Assembly (NCBI GenBank): GCA_017612495.1
Contig: JAGAFQ010000062.1
Location: forward strand, 1 to 32,967
Origin: Clostridia bacterium
GTDB lineage: Bacteria > Bacillota > Clostridia > Oscillospirales > CAG-272
Direction of reading: 5' to 3'
DNA: 32,967 bases
Positions 1-10,318 of the stretch are shown here, one piece after another (the stretch's first letter is position 1; each line of letters begins with the position of its first letter). The notes beneath the pieces were generated by a model. It was given only the letters and a program-made list of their open reading frames with translations, was not told the DNA's origin and did no database searches. The position numbers and the translations under genes are program-made.

Positions 1-100
1 AATCGCCGCGACATTTGACGGTTTTTGCCTTAAAAACACCCGATTTGCTCTTTTTCAAAGCAAAAACGGCGGCTGTTCAAGCCGCCGAGTCAAATTCGAC

Positions 101-146
101 GGGGTTGTTAAAAAAGTCCGATGACTTTTTTAACAACCCCTTTCTT
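101..146. terminator. Long hairpin with T-rich tail; putative (bidirectional) intrinsic terminator next to the 3' end of the DUF218 gene
   Basis: The 18-bp stem ggggttgttaaaaaagtc (101-118) pairs with gacttttttaacaacccc (123-140) around the loop cgat. The tail tttctt follows. Two smaller hairpins precede it at about 45-65 and 66-88. Confidence 0.45.
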
Positions 147-149
147 GTT

Positions 150-989
150 TTATAAATCGAAAAGCAGCCTTACGTAAGCCGCATATTCGCGGCAATAGTT
201 AAACGGAACAAGCGGTAAAAATCCCGTCGCGCCGCAATAGGTGACGTTTGAATAGCCGAGTGAATTCGAATACTTGTCCGCTCGGAAAAGATGATAGCGC
301 GAAGACACGATAGCGACCTTTGTGCTGACAGAAGAGCCCATATTTTCAATGATCGCCTTTGCGTTTTTCAAATTTTTCTTGGTGTTGTCGCTTTTATCGT
401 CGGTAAGGATGCGTTCCTTTTCGATGCCCAGCAAAATAAGCTCGTTTTTCGCCGCATCTGCCTCGGAGATGTTTTCGTCTTTGCCCTTGCCGCCGCAAAC
501 GATGATCTTCGCATCGGGATTTTTCTTTGCATAATCAGCCGTCGCTTTGATTCGCGACATAAATTCGGCAGAGGGCTTTTCGCCGTCGACCTTTGCGCCC
601 AGCAAAACTATCCATTCGGCGCCGTTTTGCGGCTTATAGTCGTGGCTTATTGCCGCGATCTCAAAAACGATGAAGTTAATGAGAAGTATTCCCACGGCGC
701 AATAGAATATCGCCTTGACAGCGGGTGAAAAGAACATAAAACGTTCAAGAAAGAACGCGAACAGCGCCAAAGCGACGCCGACGATCAAAAATGCGAAATT
801 GAACCAATGCGAAAGTTTAAGCGCACATAATACGTAGCCGCCGTAGATAAGACAAACGGCACTGATAAAATATAAAATGAATTTTACGGTCCTTACTGCC
901 GACATATTATACATTTCTTCAAATTCTTCGATTTCGTCGGGATTCGGAACCGCTTCGTTTTCGGGGATTTTTTCAAGATCCTTTTTCAT
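150..989 (-). CDS. DUF218 / YdcF-SanA-ElyC family membrane protein
   Basis: The N-terminal half has several hydrophobic helices. The C-terminal half has DUF218-like motifs (IIVCGGKG...ISEADA...VAIVSSRYHLFRA). I prefer the ATG at 989 (MKKDLEK) because it follows AGGAAAGGAGAAG; the ORF track starts at a GTG at 1022. Confidence 0.7.
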   Translation of the reverse strand: MKKDLEKIPENEAVPNPDEIEEFEEMYNMSAVRTVKFILYFISAVCLIYGGYVLCALKLSHWFNFAFLIVGVALALFAFFLERFMFFSPAVKAIFYCAVGILLINFIVFEIAAISHDYKPQNGAEWIVLLGAKVDGEKPSAEFMSRIKATADYAKKNPDAKIIVCGGKGKDENISEADAAKNELILLGIEKERILTDDKSDNTKKNLKNAKAIIENMGSSVSTKVAIVSSRYHLFRADKYSNSLGYSNVTYCGATGFLPLVPFNYCREYAAYVRLLFDL

Positions 990-1210
990 AAATACTTCTC
1001 CTTTCCTTCCGATTGGATACACAACACATACAGTTTAACATATTTTTTCGGCTTTGTAAACACCGTCGGAGAAAAAGCCGCAAACCGATCTCTCAAAGCG
1101 CACAAAAGCAAGGGAATATGCGCAATATCGCACAAAAGAAACGTTTGAGAAATATAGTGGGAAAATAGGCGACCGCATTGAAAAAGGAATATGTCGCGGC
1201 GAAGCCGCAA

Positions 1211-1302
1211 ACTTATTACCTATTACTTTTTACTTATTACTTCCCAAAAATCCCGAAAGAATTTAACTGATAGGTAAGAGGTAAAAGGTAAGAAGTAAGA
1301 AG
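1211..1302. repeat. Imperfect periodic palindrome: TTAC-type repeats (1211-1243) facing GTAA-type repeats (1271-1302)
   Basis: The left arm is acttattacctattactttttacttattacttc and the right arm is taggtaagaggtaaaaggtaagaagtaagaag. The arms match in 24/32 positions when the right arm is reverse-complemented, and some mismatches are G-T compatible. The loop is about 27 nt. Confidence 0.6.
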
Positions 1303-1336
1303 AAAAAATCCCGCACACTAACGTGTACGGGATTTT
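1303..1336 (-). terminator. Intrinsic terminator directly downstream of tRNA-Ser
   Basis: The hairpin is aaaaatcccgcaca / tgtacgggattttt with one G-T pair, flanked by A and T runs. It abuts the tRNA 3' CCA. Confidence 0.6.
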
Positions 1337-1424
1337 TGGCGCAGGGAGTGGGATTCGAACCCACGTGGCTTTGGGCCAAACGGTTTTCAAGACCGCCTCG
1401 TTATGACCGCTTCGATATCCCTGC
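1337..1424 (-). tRNA. tRNA-Ser (anticodon UGA), 88 nt with long variable arm and encoded CCA
   Basis: The reverse complement reads GCAGGGA...GGCGGTCTTGAAAACCGT...GGGTTCGAATCCCACTCCCTGCGCCA. The acceptor stem is GCAGGGA/TCCCTGC, the anticodon loop is CTTGAAA and the T-loop is GTTCGAATC. Confidence 0.9.
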
Positions 1425-1436
1425 ACACCGAATGGA

Positions 1437-1466
1437 ATTATAACATACTGTATTATGCTTTGTCAA
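1437..1466 (-). promoter_or_regulatory. Sigma-A type promoter for tRNA-Ser
   Basis: The minus strand reads TTGACA, an 18-nt spacer, then TATAAT. The -10 ends about 12 nt upstream of the tRNA 5' end. The element overlaps the tmk stop region. Confidence 0.6.
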
Positions 1467-2088
1467 CAATAGTTTTGTAAACTGCGTCAAAAAGCTTGTC
1501 GGATATCTCGTTCTTCTCTCCGTCTGACGGAATGACCGTGATATTTTCGTTTCTGCCGATATTCTTCATATAGTCAAAAAGCTTTTGGTATTCGCTTCTT
1601 ACCTCTCTTAAAATATCCGCCTTTTCATAGATCTCTTTTTTGTCGCGGTTGGTGTCTATCCTATCCATGCAAATATCGGGATTTACGTCTAAAAATACGC
1701 AAAGATCGGGCTTTCTTATGCCGGAATTGTTCAAATTAAGCGCGCAGGTCCACAAAAACTGCTCCTCGCTGCCGCGTCCCTGGTAGGCGATGGTCGAATA
1801 ATAATATCTGTCGCAAATGACGCAACAACCGTCGTCAAGCGCTTTTTGTATCTCGGTGTTATGCTCCGTTCTGTCGGCGGAAAACATAAGACCTATCGTG
1901 TTTTGCGTGACCTTAAATTTCCCCGACAATGCCTCTCTTATCAAAACTCCGATCTTGCCGCTTGTCGGCTCAAAGGTCGGATATATCTTTATTCCCGCAT
2001 CTTTGAGTCTTTGACACAATAGTTTTATCTGCGTGCCTTTTCCGCTGCCGTCAAGACCTTCTATTACAATAAATTTTCCCTTTTGCAC
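1453..2088 (-). CDS. tmk: Thymidylate (dTMP) kinase
   Basis: The P-loop FIVIEGLDGSGKGTQ, DRY-type motif CDRYYYST and a length of 211 aa fit Tmk. Confidence 0.9.
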   Translation of the reverse strand: MQKGKFIVIEGLDGSGKGTQIKLLCQRLKDAGIKIYPTFEPTSGKIGVLIREALSGKFKVTQNTIGLMFSADRTEHNTEIQKALDDGCCVICDRYYYSTIAYQGRGSEEQFLWTCALNLNNSGIRKPDLCVFLDVNPDICMDRIDTNRDKKEIYEKADILREVRSEYQKLFDYMKNIGRNENITVIPSDGEKNEISDKLFDAVYKTIVDKA

Positions 2089-2250
2089 GTTTTTGCGACC
2101 TTTCGATTTTTGTTAGGATATTATACATCATTTTTTTCTTTTTTTCAATACCGCGGATATTCATTTTTTTGTTGAAAACTTGTTAACTATATGATATAAT
2201 ATTATATATAATATATATTAAGCGAAAAATTGACGAAAGGGTTTTGCGCC

Positions 2251-3735
2251 ATGACTGAAAAAGACAACTCCTTTAATTTGATATGGGAAAAGGTCATCGA
2301 GCTTTTGGAAGAGAAGTTTTCTCTGCCGATAATGGATCTTTGGTTCAACTGTCTTTATCTCGGATATTTGAGCGACCGCTATGCCGTTTTGATCTCAAAA
2401 GAAGACTATAAGCGCGACATCGTTCAAAGCAAATACTGCGAGCTTATCTCCGACTGCTTCAAAGAAGTGCTCGGCTTTGACGTTATGACGATTATCTATT
2501 CCACCGAAAAATATAACGGCGACGTTGCGCCCATTATGAATAAGATCAAATCGCGTATGGATTCGGGTCTGCCCTTACTCGTCGGTCTCGATTCGCTTTC
2601 GGAGACAGCTCCGTCTTTTCAGCCCGGCATTCCGAAAACGGAAGAAGAACTCAAAAACGATGAGAACGAGGCGGAGATCGAGCCTAAATACTTTGAAACG
2701 AAGGGCTCATCCGAAGACGGCATCCGCTCCCGCTATACTTTTGACAACTTCATCGTCGGCTCTTCAAACAATATGGCATACGGCAGCTGCGTTGCGGTAT
2801 CGAACAATCCGGCAAGAGACTATAACCCCCTTTTTATCTACGGCAACAGCGGTCTCGGAAAAACGCATCTTCTCTATGCGCTGACTAATGCGCTGACAAA
2901 GAACTTTCCCGATTTCCGCGTCGTATATATCAAGGGCGAAGAATTCTTGAACGAACTCGTTGACAGCATCACCTACAAAAATACCGATGCTTTCAGAAAA
3001 AAGTTCCGCACCGTCGACGTTCTCATTATTGACGATATTCAATTCATCGCCAACCGCCCGACCTTGCAGGAGGAAATTTTCCACACCTTCAACGAACTTT
3101 ATGAAAACGGAAAACAAATAGTATTCACGTCCGACCGTCCGCCGAAAGATATAAATCCTCTTGAGGTGCGTGTCAGAAGCCGTTTTGAACAAGGTCTTAT
3201 CGTTGATATCCAACCGCCGGATCTTGAATTGCGTATCGCCATACTCAAACGCAAAACGCAGGAAATGGGCATCAGCGTGCCAAACGAAGTGTTGAGTTTT
3301 TTGGGCGATAAACTCGATTGCAATATCCGTCAGATAGAGGGCGTTATCAAAAAACTCCGCGCGGCAACGCAGATCTCGGGCAAAGAGATAACCCTCGAGC
3401 TTGCGAGAAATTCGATAAACGATATCATAAACGGCATTGAGCCGGTCGAGGTCACGGTCGATAAAATTCTTGCAAAGACGGCAAGAAAATACGGTGTCAG
3501 CGTTGAAGATATAAAAGGTCAGAAGAGAAACTTTGAAATCGCCTGGGCAAGGCACGTTTCCATCTATATAATAAGAGAACTCACCGATATGTCTTATCCC
3601 GCGCTCGGCAAGCTTTTCAACCGCAATCACGCAACGGCGATATCTTCATGTAACGCGGTAGATGAAAAGAGAAAAGAATCATCTTCTTTCGATTCGGAAA
3701 TTTCCGATCTTATCAACGATATAAGAATTTCATAA
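2251..3735 (+). CDS. dnaA: Chromosomal replication initiator protein DnaA
   Basis: The AAA+ Walker A is GNSGLGKTHLL and Walker B is LIIDDIQF. The C-terminal DnaA-box binding domain (AWARHVSIYIIRELTDMSYPALGKLFNRNHATAISS) is present. The ATG at 2251 follows AAAGGG; the ORF track begins at TTG 2230. Confidence 0.95.
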   Translation: MTEKDNSFNLIWEKVIELLEEKFSLPIMDLWFNCLYLGYLSDRYAVLISKEDYKRDIVQSKYCELISDCFKEVLGFDVMTIIYSTEKYNGDVAPIMNKIKSRMDSGLPLLVGLDSLSETAPSFQPGIPKTEEELKNDENEAEIEPKYFETKGSSEDGIRSRYTFDNFIVGSSNNMAYGSCVAVSNNPARDYNPLFIYGNSGLGKTHLLYALTNALTKNFPDFRVVYIKGEEFLNELVDSITYKNTDAFRKKFRTVDVLIIDDIQFIANRPTLQEEIFHTFNELYENGKQIVFTSDRPPKDINPLEVRVRSRFEQGLIVDIQPPDLELRIAILKRKTQEMGISVPNEVLSFLGDKLDCNIRQIEGVIKKLRAATQISGKEITLELARNSINDIINGIEPVEVTVDKILAKTARKYGVSVEDIKGQKRNFEIAWARHVSIYIIRELTDMSYPALGKLFNRNHATAISSCNAVDEKRKESSSFDSEISDLINDIRIS

Positions 3736-3942
3736 AGTTTTTGACAGCCACGGTAAAAACGGCCTGTTAATTCAGATAAAAACCCTGTTTGGAAATCTGT
3801 GTTAACTATGTTAAAAAATACGCCTGTTGAAAAGTGTGTATTTATTAACCGTTTATTGTTTTGTTTTTTACATAAAAATTTACAGTTTTTTTTCGATTTT
3901 CGGCTTAAAACAGATACTTTTCGGATATTTCAACAATTATAA

Positions 3943-3990
3943 CACCCCCTACTACCACTACTACTTTCTATAAATAATCTATATTAAAGT
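3943..3990 (+). promoter_or_regulatory. Putative oriC unwinding core: GC cluster, DnaA-trio-like CTA repeats, AT-rich tract, just upstream of dnaN
   Basis: The GC cluster cacccc (3943-3948) is followed by CTA CTA CCA CTA CTA CTT (3949-3966). The complementary strand reads 3'-GAT GAT GGT GAT GAT GAA-5'. The AT-rich tract tctataaataatctatattaaa follows. This matches the order described for Bacillus subtilis oriC between dnaA and dnaN. Confidence 0.5.
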
Positions 3991-4004
3991 GAGAGGAAAA
4001 AGAA

Positions 4005-5159
4005 ATGAAAATCGTTTTTGATAAACTCACATTGCAAAATGCAATATCTCCGCTTCTTTGTGCCATTGCCACAAATACGTCTTTGCCCTCGACAGAAGGT
4101 ATTCAGATAAAAACAGAAGACGACGGCAGCTGCACGCTGACCTCTTATGATTTGACAAAAGGTGTCAGAACTAAAATAAAAGCAGAAATTTACAGCGGCG
4201 GCAACGTTATCATAAACGCGGCAAAATTAAGCCAGATAGTAAAGGTGATGCCTGGTGATATAACCATCGACGTCGATTCGAATTATAAAGCAAAAATTTC
4301 AAGCGGAAAGAGCGAATTTTCACTTTCCGTTCTGCCCGGCGAAAATTTCTCGCCGTTACCCGATTTGCGCGGTGAAAGAGGCTTTGAAATTTCGCAGGAT
4401 ATTTTCAGAAAAATGATAAATCAAACGCTTTTTGCGGCGGCAGTAGCGGATTTTCGTCCTCAACTGAACGGTGTTTACTGTGAGATCACGAAAAATAAAG
4501 TTTTGATGGTAGGCTGCGACAGTTTCAAGCTCGCCATAAAATCTGCCGAATCGGATATTGAAAACAGAAGTCTTAACGACGAAGAACTCAATTTCAAATT
4601 CATCATTCCCACAAAGACTTTGCAGGAACTTTTAAGACTTATGAACAAGGAAAAGACCGTAAAGGTAATGATGACGATAAAGCACATCATCTTTTTCCTT
4701 GAAGATGTTATCTTCTTCTCGCGTCTTGTTGACAGTGATTATTTGAGTTATGAAAGATTCATTCCCACCGATATAAAGGCGGAATGTATCGTTGACAGAG
4801 ATGCGTTTTTGGGCTCTCTTGAAAGATCGTCTCTCATAACCGAAGACCGCGCCATCGGTCAGGAAAAGAGCGGTGTGCGTCTTTCGGTAGAGGCAAATTC
4901 ACTCATCGTTTCATCGACCTCCGTTTCGGGCTCTTCTTTTGACGAGATCTCATCGAAAAATACCGGTGATCTTATGAAGATAAGCTTCAACTGCAAATAT
5001 TTGCTCGATACCATAAGGGCGACGGAATGTGAAAAATTGAGACTTTCTTTTTCAACACCGCTCACAGGTATGACCATAAGACCCGTATTGACGGAAGAAA
5101 ATGATAAAAACGACGACTTTACGTTTATGGTAACTCCCGTCAGAACAAAAGATCTATGA
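4005..5159 (+). CDS. dnaN: DNA polymerase III beta sliding clamp
   Basis: The position directly after dnaA, the length of 384 aa and the three-domain beta-clamp-like sequence (LLCAIATNTSLPSTEGIQIK..., ...FMVTPVR C-terminus) fit DnaN. The RBS is GAGAGGAAAAAG. Confidence 0.9.
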   Translation: MKIVFDKLTLQNAISPLLCAIATNTSLPSTEGIQIKTEDDGSCTLTSYDLTKGVRTKIKAEIYSGGNVIINAAKLSQIVKVMPGDITIDVDSNYKAKISSGKSEFSLSVLPGENFSPLPDLRGERGFEISQDIFRKMINQTLFAAAVADFRPQLNGVYCEITKNKVLMVGCDSFKLAIKSAESDIENRSLNDEELNFKFIIPTKTLQELLRLMNKEKTVKVMMTIKHIIFFLEDVIFFSRLVDSDYLSYERFIPTDIKAECIVDRDAFLGSLERSSLITEDRAIGQEKSGVRLSVEANSLIVSSTSVSGSSFDEISSKNTGDLMKISFNCKYLLDTIRATECEKLRLSFSTPLTGMTIRPVLTEENDKNDDFTFMVTPVRTKDL

Positions 5160-6256
5160 TCTGTAAATCGGTAAGCATTAAAAATTTTCGCAATCTTTCT
5201 TTATCAAAAGCCGAGTTTTCGCCGGGTGTCAACGTGATTTACGGCGATAACGGTCAAGGCAAGACGAATCTTTTGGAAAGCATCTATATCTTTGCGGCGT
5301 CGCGTTCGTTTCGCACAAATCACGACGACGAGCTTATCTGCTTTGACAAAGATGCCGGCGATATTTCGATACGATACGAAACGTCGCAAAGAGAAAATGA
5401 AATAAAGATCAAATACAGAAAGGGCGAAAAAAAGAAGCTTTATAAAAACGGTGTTGAAATTTCAAAAATAAGCGAATTTTTGGGCAATTTCAGAGCCATT
5501 TTGTTCTGTCCCGAGCATTTGTCGATGATAAAAGACGGTCCGCAGAACAGACGCTTGTTCATTGATATGGCGATATCGCAGATAAATCCTTTGTATGTAA
5601 AAAAATACCAGAAATACATCGCGATACTCAAACAAAAAAATATGCTTTTGCGCGATGCGCAAGAGGGCAAGGATATCAGCGGCACACTCGATATATGGAA
5701 TATGCAGCTTGCCGATGTCGGCGCCGAAATAACGCTTGAAAGAAAAAAATATATATCGCGTCTTTATGAAAGCGCAAAGGATTTTTATTCGGATATAGTG
5801 AGCGAAAAGAAACAAAAGGAAGAACTCACCATGCACTTGCAATGCGGCACTGATTCCGATTCAAAAGCGGAGATAGAAGATTTTCTTTACCGCAGATATT
5901 CAGAAAATACCGAAAGGGAGATAAAAAACGGATCAACGCTTTTCGGTCCCCACAGGGATGATCTGCTTTTGTTTTTGAATCACAAGGACGCAAGACTTTT
6001 TGCGTCGCAGGGACAGTCGAGAAGCATAGTCCTTGCGCTCAAGCTTGCCGAGGGCGAGATATCAAAAGAAATATGCGGCGAATATCCCGTATTTTTGCTC
6101 GACGATATTTTGAGCGATCTCGATATAGGCAGACAAAGCTACGTCTTATCGAAAATAGCAAAAAGACAAGTTATTTTGACAACTTGCACGTCCGAATACA
6201 AAGACAAATTTTCGGATGCGAAAATAATAAACATATCAGGCGGAAAAATCATATAA
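5156..6256 (+). CDS. recF: DNA replication and repair protein RecF
   Basis: The Walker A is GDNGQGKTNLLE, the signature region is SQGQSRS and Walker B is VFLLDDILSDLD. The start overlaps the dnaN stop (ATGA). Confidence 0.9.
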   Translation: MICKSVSIKNFRNLSLSKAEFSPGVNVIYGDNGQGKTNLLESIYIFAASRSFRTNHDDELICFDKDAGDISIRYETSQRENEIKIKYRKGEKKKLYKNGVEISKISEFLGNFRAILFCPEHLSMIKDGPQNRRLFIDMAISQINPLYVKKYQKYIAILKQKNMLLRDAQEGKDISGTLDIWNMQLADVGAEITLERKKYISRLYESAKDFYSDIVSEKKQKEELTMHLQCGTDSDSKAEIEDFLYRRYSENTEREIKNGSTLFGPHRDDLLLFLNHKDARLFASQGQSRSIVLALKLAEGEISKEICGEYPVFLLDDILSDLDIGRQSYVLSKIAKRQVILTTCTSEYKDKFSDAKIINISGGKII

Positions 6257-6268
6257 GCGGAGTATGAA

Positions 6269-8466
<2,198 letters not shown>

Positions 8467-8482
8467 AATAAAAAAATAAAAA

Positions 8483-8524
8483 CAGGTCGATTTGGGAAAA
8501 ATTCCGAATCGACCTGCTTTTTTA
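8483..8524 (+). terminator. Intrinsic terminator after gyrB
   Basis: The stem caggtcgatt (8483-8492) pairs with aatcgacctg (8507-8516), followed by cttttttacg. Confidence 0.75.
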
Positions 8525-8546
8525 CGTTTTTTCAAAAATTTGTGCT

Positions 8547-8575
8547 TTGATTATCGCAAATTTGTTTTGTAAAAT
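8547..8575 (+). promoter_or_regulatory. Sigma-A type promoter upstream of the small membrane ORF
   Basis: TTGATT (8547-8552), a 17-nt spacer and TAAAAT (8570-8575) preceded by TG. Confidence 0.5.
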
Positions 8576-8644
8576 ATAAATAAGAAATAACGGTTTTACG
8601 AAAACACATATTCGCTCAGTATTCGTGTAAGAAAGGTAACTTTT

Positions 8645-8872
8645 ATGAAAGAAAAGATAAAAACGGTTTTCAAAAAAGCTTTTGACGGCACGAACAGGAA
8701 AACATTTTTGTTCTTGAAAATAACCGTCGGCATGATCTTATGTCTTATGTTCTTATCGGTCATCTGCATAGAAAACGTTTTCGTTTTCTATGAGGTACAA
8801 AGAAAGTTGTTTGCGTCTTTGTGCCTTGTCTTTGCGATCTTTTGCCTGTCAAATCTTATTTACATAGATTAG
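8645..8872 (+). CDS. Hypothetical small membrane protein (75 aa, two predicted TM helices)
   Basis: The ATG follows GAAAGG. A basic N-terminus is followed by two hydrophobic segments. I recognise no family. Confidence 0.4.
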   Translation: MKEKIKTVFKKAFDGTNRKTFLFLKITVGMILCLMFLSVICIENVFVFYEVQRKLFASLCLVFAIFCLSNLIYID

Positions 8873-8879
8873 GGCAAGA

Positions 8880-9747
8880 TCAGTCGCAAAGGAAAGCTTT
8901 TAAGGCAAGATGCATTGCATAGACGTCGGTCTTTGCAACGATCTCAAAAGGCGCGTGCATCGAAAGCACGGGCACGCCCACGTCAATGGTGTCGATGTTG
9001 AGGCGTGCAACGAATTTTGCGACCGTTCCTGCGTTGCCGCCGTCTACCTTGCCGAATTCGGCGATATGCCACTGCACCTTGTTATCATTGAAAAGCTTGC
9101 GGATATATGCCGTATATTCGGCGCTTGCGTCGTTTGCAGCAACCTTGCCGGCGGCGCCGGTATATTTTGTGATGCAGGCGCCGTGATTTAAGCGCGCGGA
9201 GTTGTTGGCATCGAAAACGTAGGTATAGTTCGGGTCGTATGCCGCGTTGACGTCTGCGGAGATGCACTTTGAATGAAGTCTTACGTTATGCGCTCTTGCG
9301 CCGAGCGTTTCGGAAAGATCGTCGATGATATCCGAAAGGAATGACGACTGCATGCTCGTGTTGCCCTCGCTGCCGATCTCTTCTTTGTCGGTGAGTATTA
9401 TCATTGCGGTGTGCTTGGGATTTTTGCACTCGAACATCGCGGTGAGTTCGGGATAAGCGCACACTCTGTCATCGTGTGCGTAAGCGCCGATAAGAGATCT
9501 GTCAAGACCTATATCCTTTGCTTTATAGGCAGGCACGGCGCAAAGCTCCGCGCTCACGAAATCGTCTTCGATGATGCCGAAATTCTCGTTGAGTATCTTC
9601 AAGATATTAAGACGGATGCTGTTATCAGGTACGCTCTGCAAGTTTTGGTCAGCTTTTTCGGCATAAGGCTCGGTGCCGACAATGATGTTGAAATCTTCTG
9701 CCGAATATGCCTTTTCAAGCTCTTTTTTTTGTTTCCTTTGCAGCCAT
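8880..9747 (-). pseudogene. M18-family aminopeptidase remnant: C-terminal ~60 percent only, start region frameshifted at an A8 run
   Basis: The motifs HDDRVCAY, DKEEIGSEGNT, SADVNAAYDP and SMHAPFE are typical of the C-terminal half of M18 (aspartyl/aminopeptidase 1-like) enzymes. A good RBS plus ATG at 9747 reads MAAKETKKRA then a stop. Removing one A from the run at 9722-9729 joins it in frame to the 253-aa ORF. The N-terminal ~180-200 aa of the family is absent, because the upstream gene ends at 9758. Confidence 0.6.
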
Positions 9748-9757
9748 GGTGATCTCC

Positions 9758-10315
9758 TTATCCGAAATAAATATCTTTATATTTTTGCTGAACGTCATAG
9801 ACGTTTTTGATATACTTATCCGTATTATTGTCTTTGAGCAAAGAAATGTCGATATCCTTTCCATCGAAAATTTTCAGCGTCGATAAGCCGTTTGTTTCGG
9901 CATAGAAGACGGTGAGAGCCGACTCCATATCACCGTAGCATTCGCAAAGATATGTCAAATAGAAAATTCCGTGATCGATGCTTTCATAAGGGTCATAGAT
10001 CCTTTCGGCGGGAGTGTTTTTCCCCATCAAAACGGAAATTCTCGCAAACGCTTCTTGCGATAACTGCATAAGTCCCGCTTTTTCGTCGTTTAGAGTGAGC
10101 GCCTCGTTGAATTGGCTCTGACAATAGACTATCGCGCAAATAAGCGATTTGTCAACGGAATATTTTTCGCTTATCTCTTCGATCATATCAAGATACGGGA
10201 GCGGATAGGACTGCTTTGTTATCTTTTGCGAAGCCTTATCCAAAAGCACGGGCAGCGCGATTATCAAGACAAGGCAAAGGATCAAAAGCAGAATATGTCT
10301 TTTTGTGAATTTCAT
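9758..10315 (-). CDS. Membrane-anchored lytic transglycosylase (SLT) domain protein, catalytic Glu position occupied by Gln
   Basis: There is an N-terminal TM/signal anchor. The SLT signature region is LICAIVYCQSQFN...AGLMQL. The canonical E-S dyad reads Q-S (CAG codon at 10118-10120). Confidence 0.65.
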   Translation of the reverse strand: MKFTKRHILLLILCLVLIIALPVLLDKASQKITKQSYPLPYLDMIEEISEKYSVDKSLICAIVYCQSQFNEALTLNDEKAGLMQLSQEAFARISVLMGKNTPAERIYDPYESIDHGIFYLTYLCECYGDMESALTVFYAETNGLSTLKIFDGKDIDISLLKDNNTDKYIKNVYDVQQKYKDIYFG

Positions 10316-10318
10316 ATT

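Noticed and set aside
1223-1426. 67-aa ORF on the minus strand
   Set aside because: It overlaps the tRNA-Ser gene, its terminator and the periodic palindrome, so it is not coding.
2764-3630. 288-aa ORF antisense to dnaA, with similar long antisense ORFs in gyrB (7960-8535), the nucleotidyltransferase gene (22890-23627) and gyrA (28940-29365)
   Set aside because: All lie fully inside strongly supported genes on the opposite strand. They lack RBSs and recognisable motifs and are shadow ORFs.
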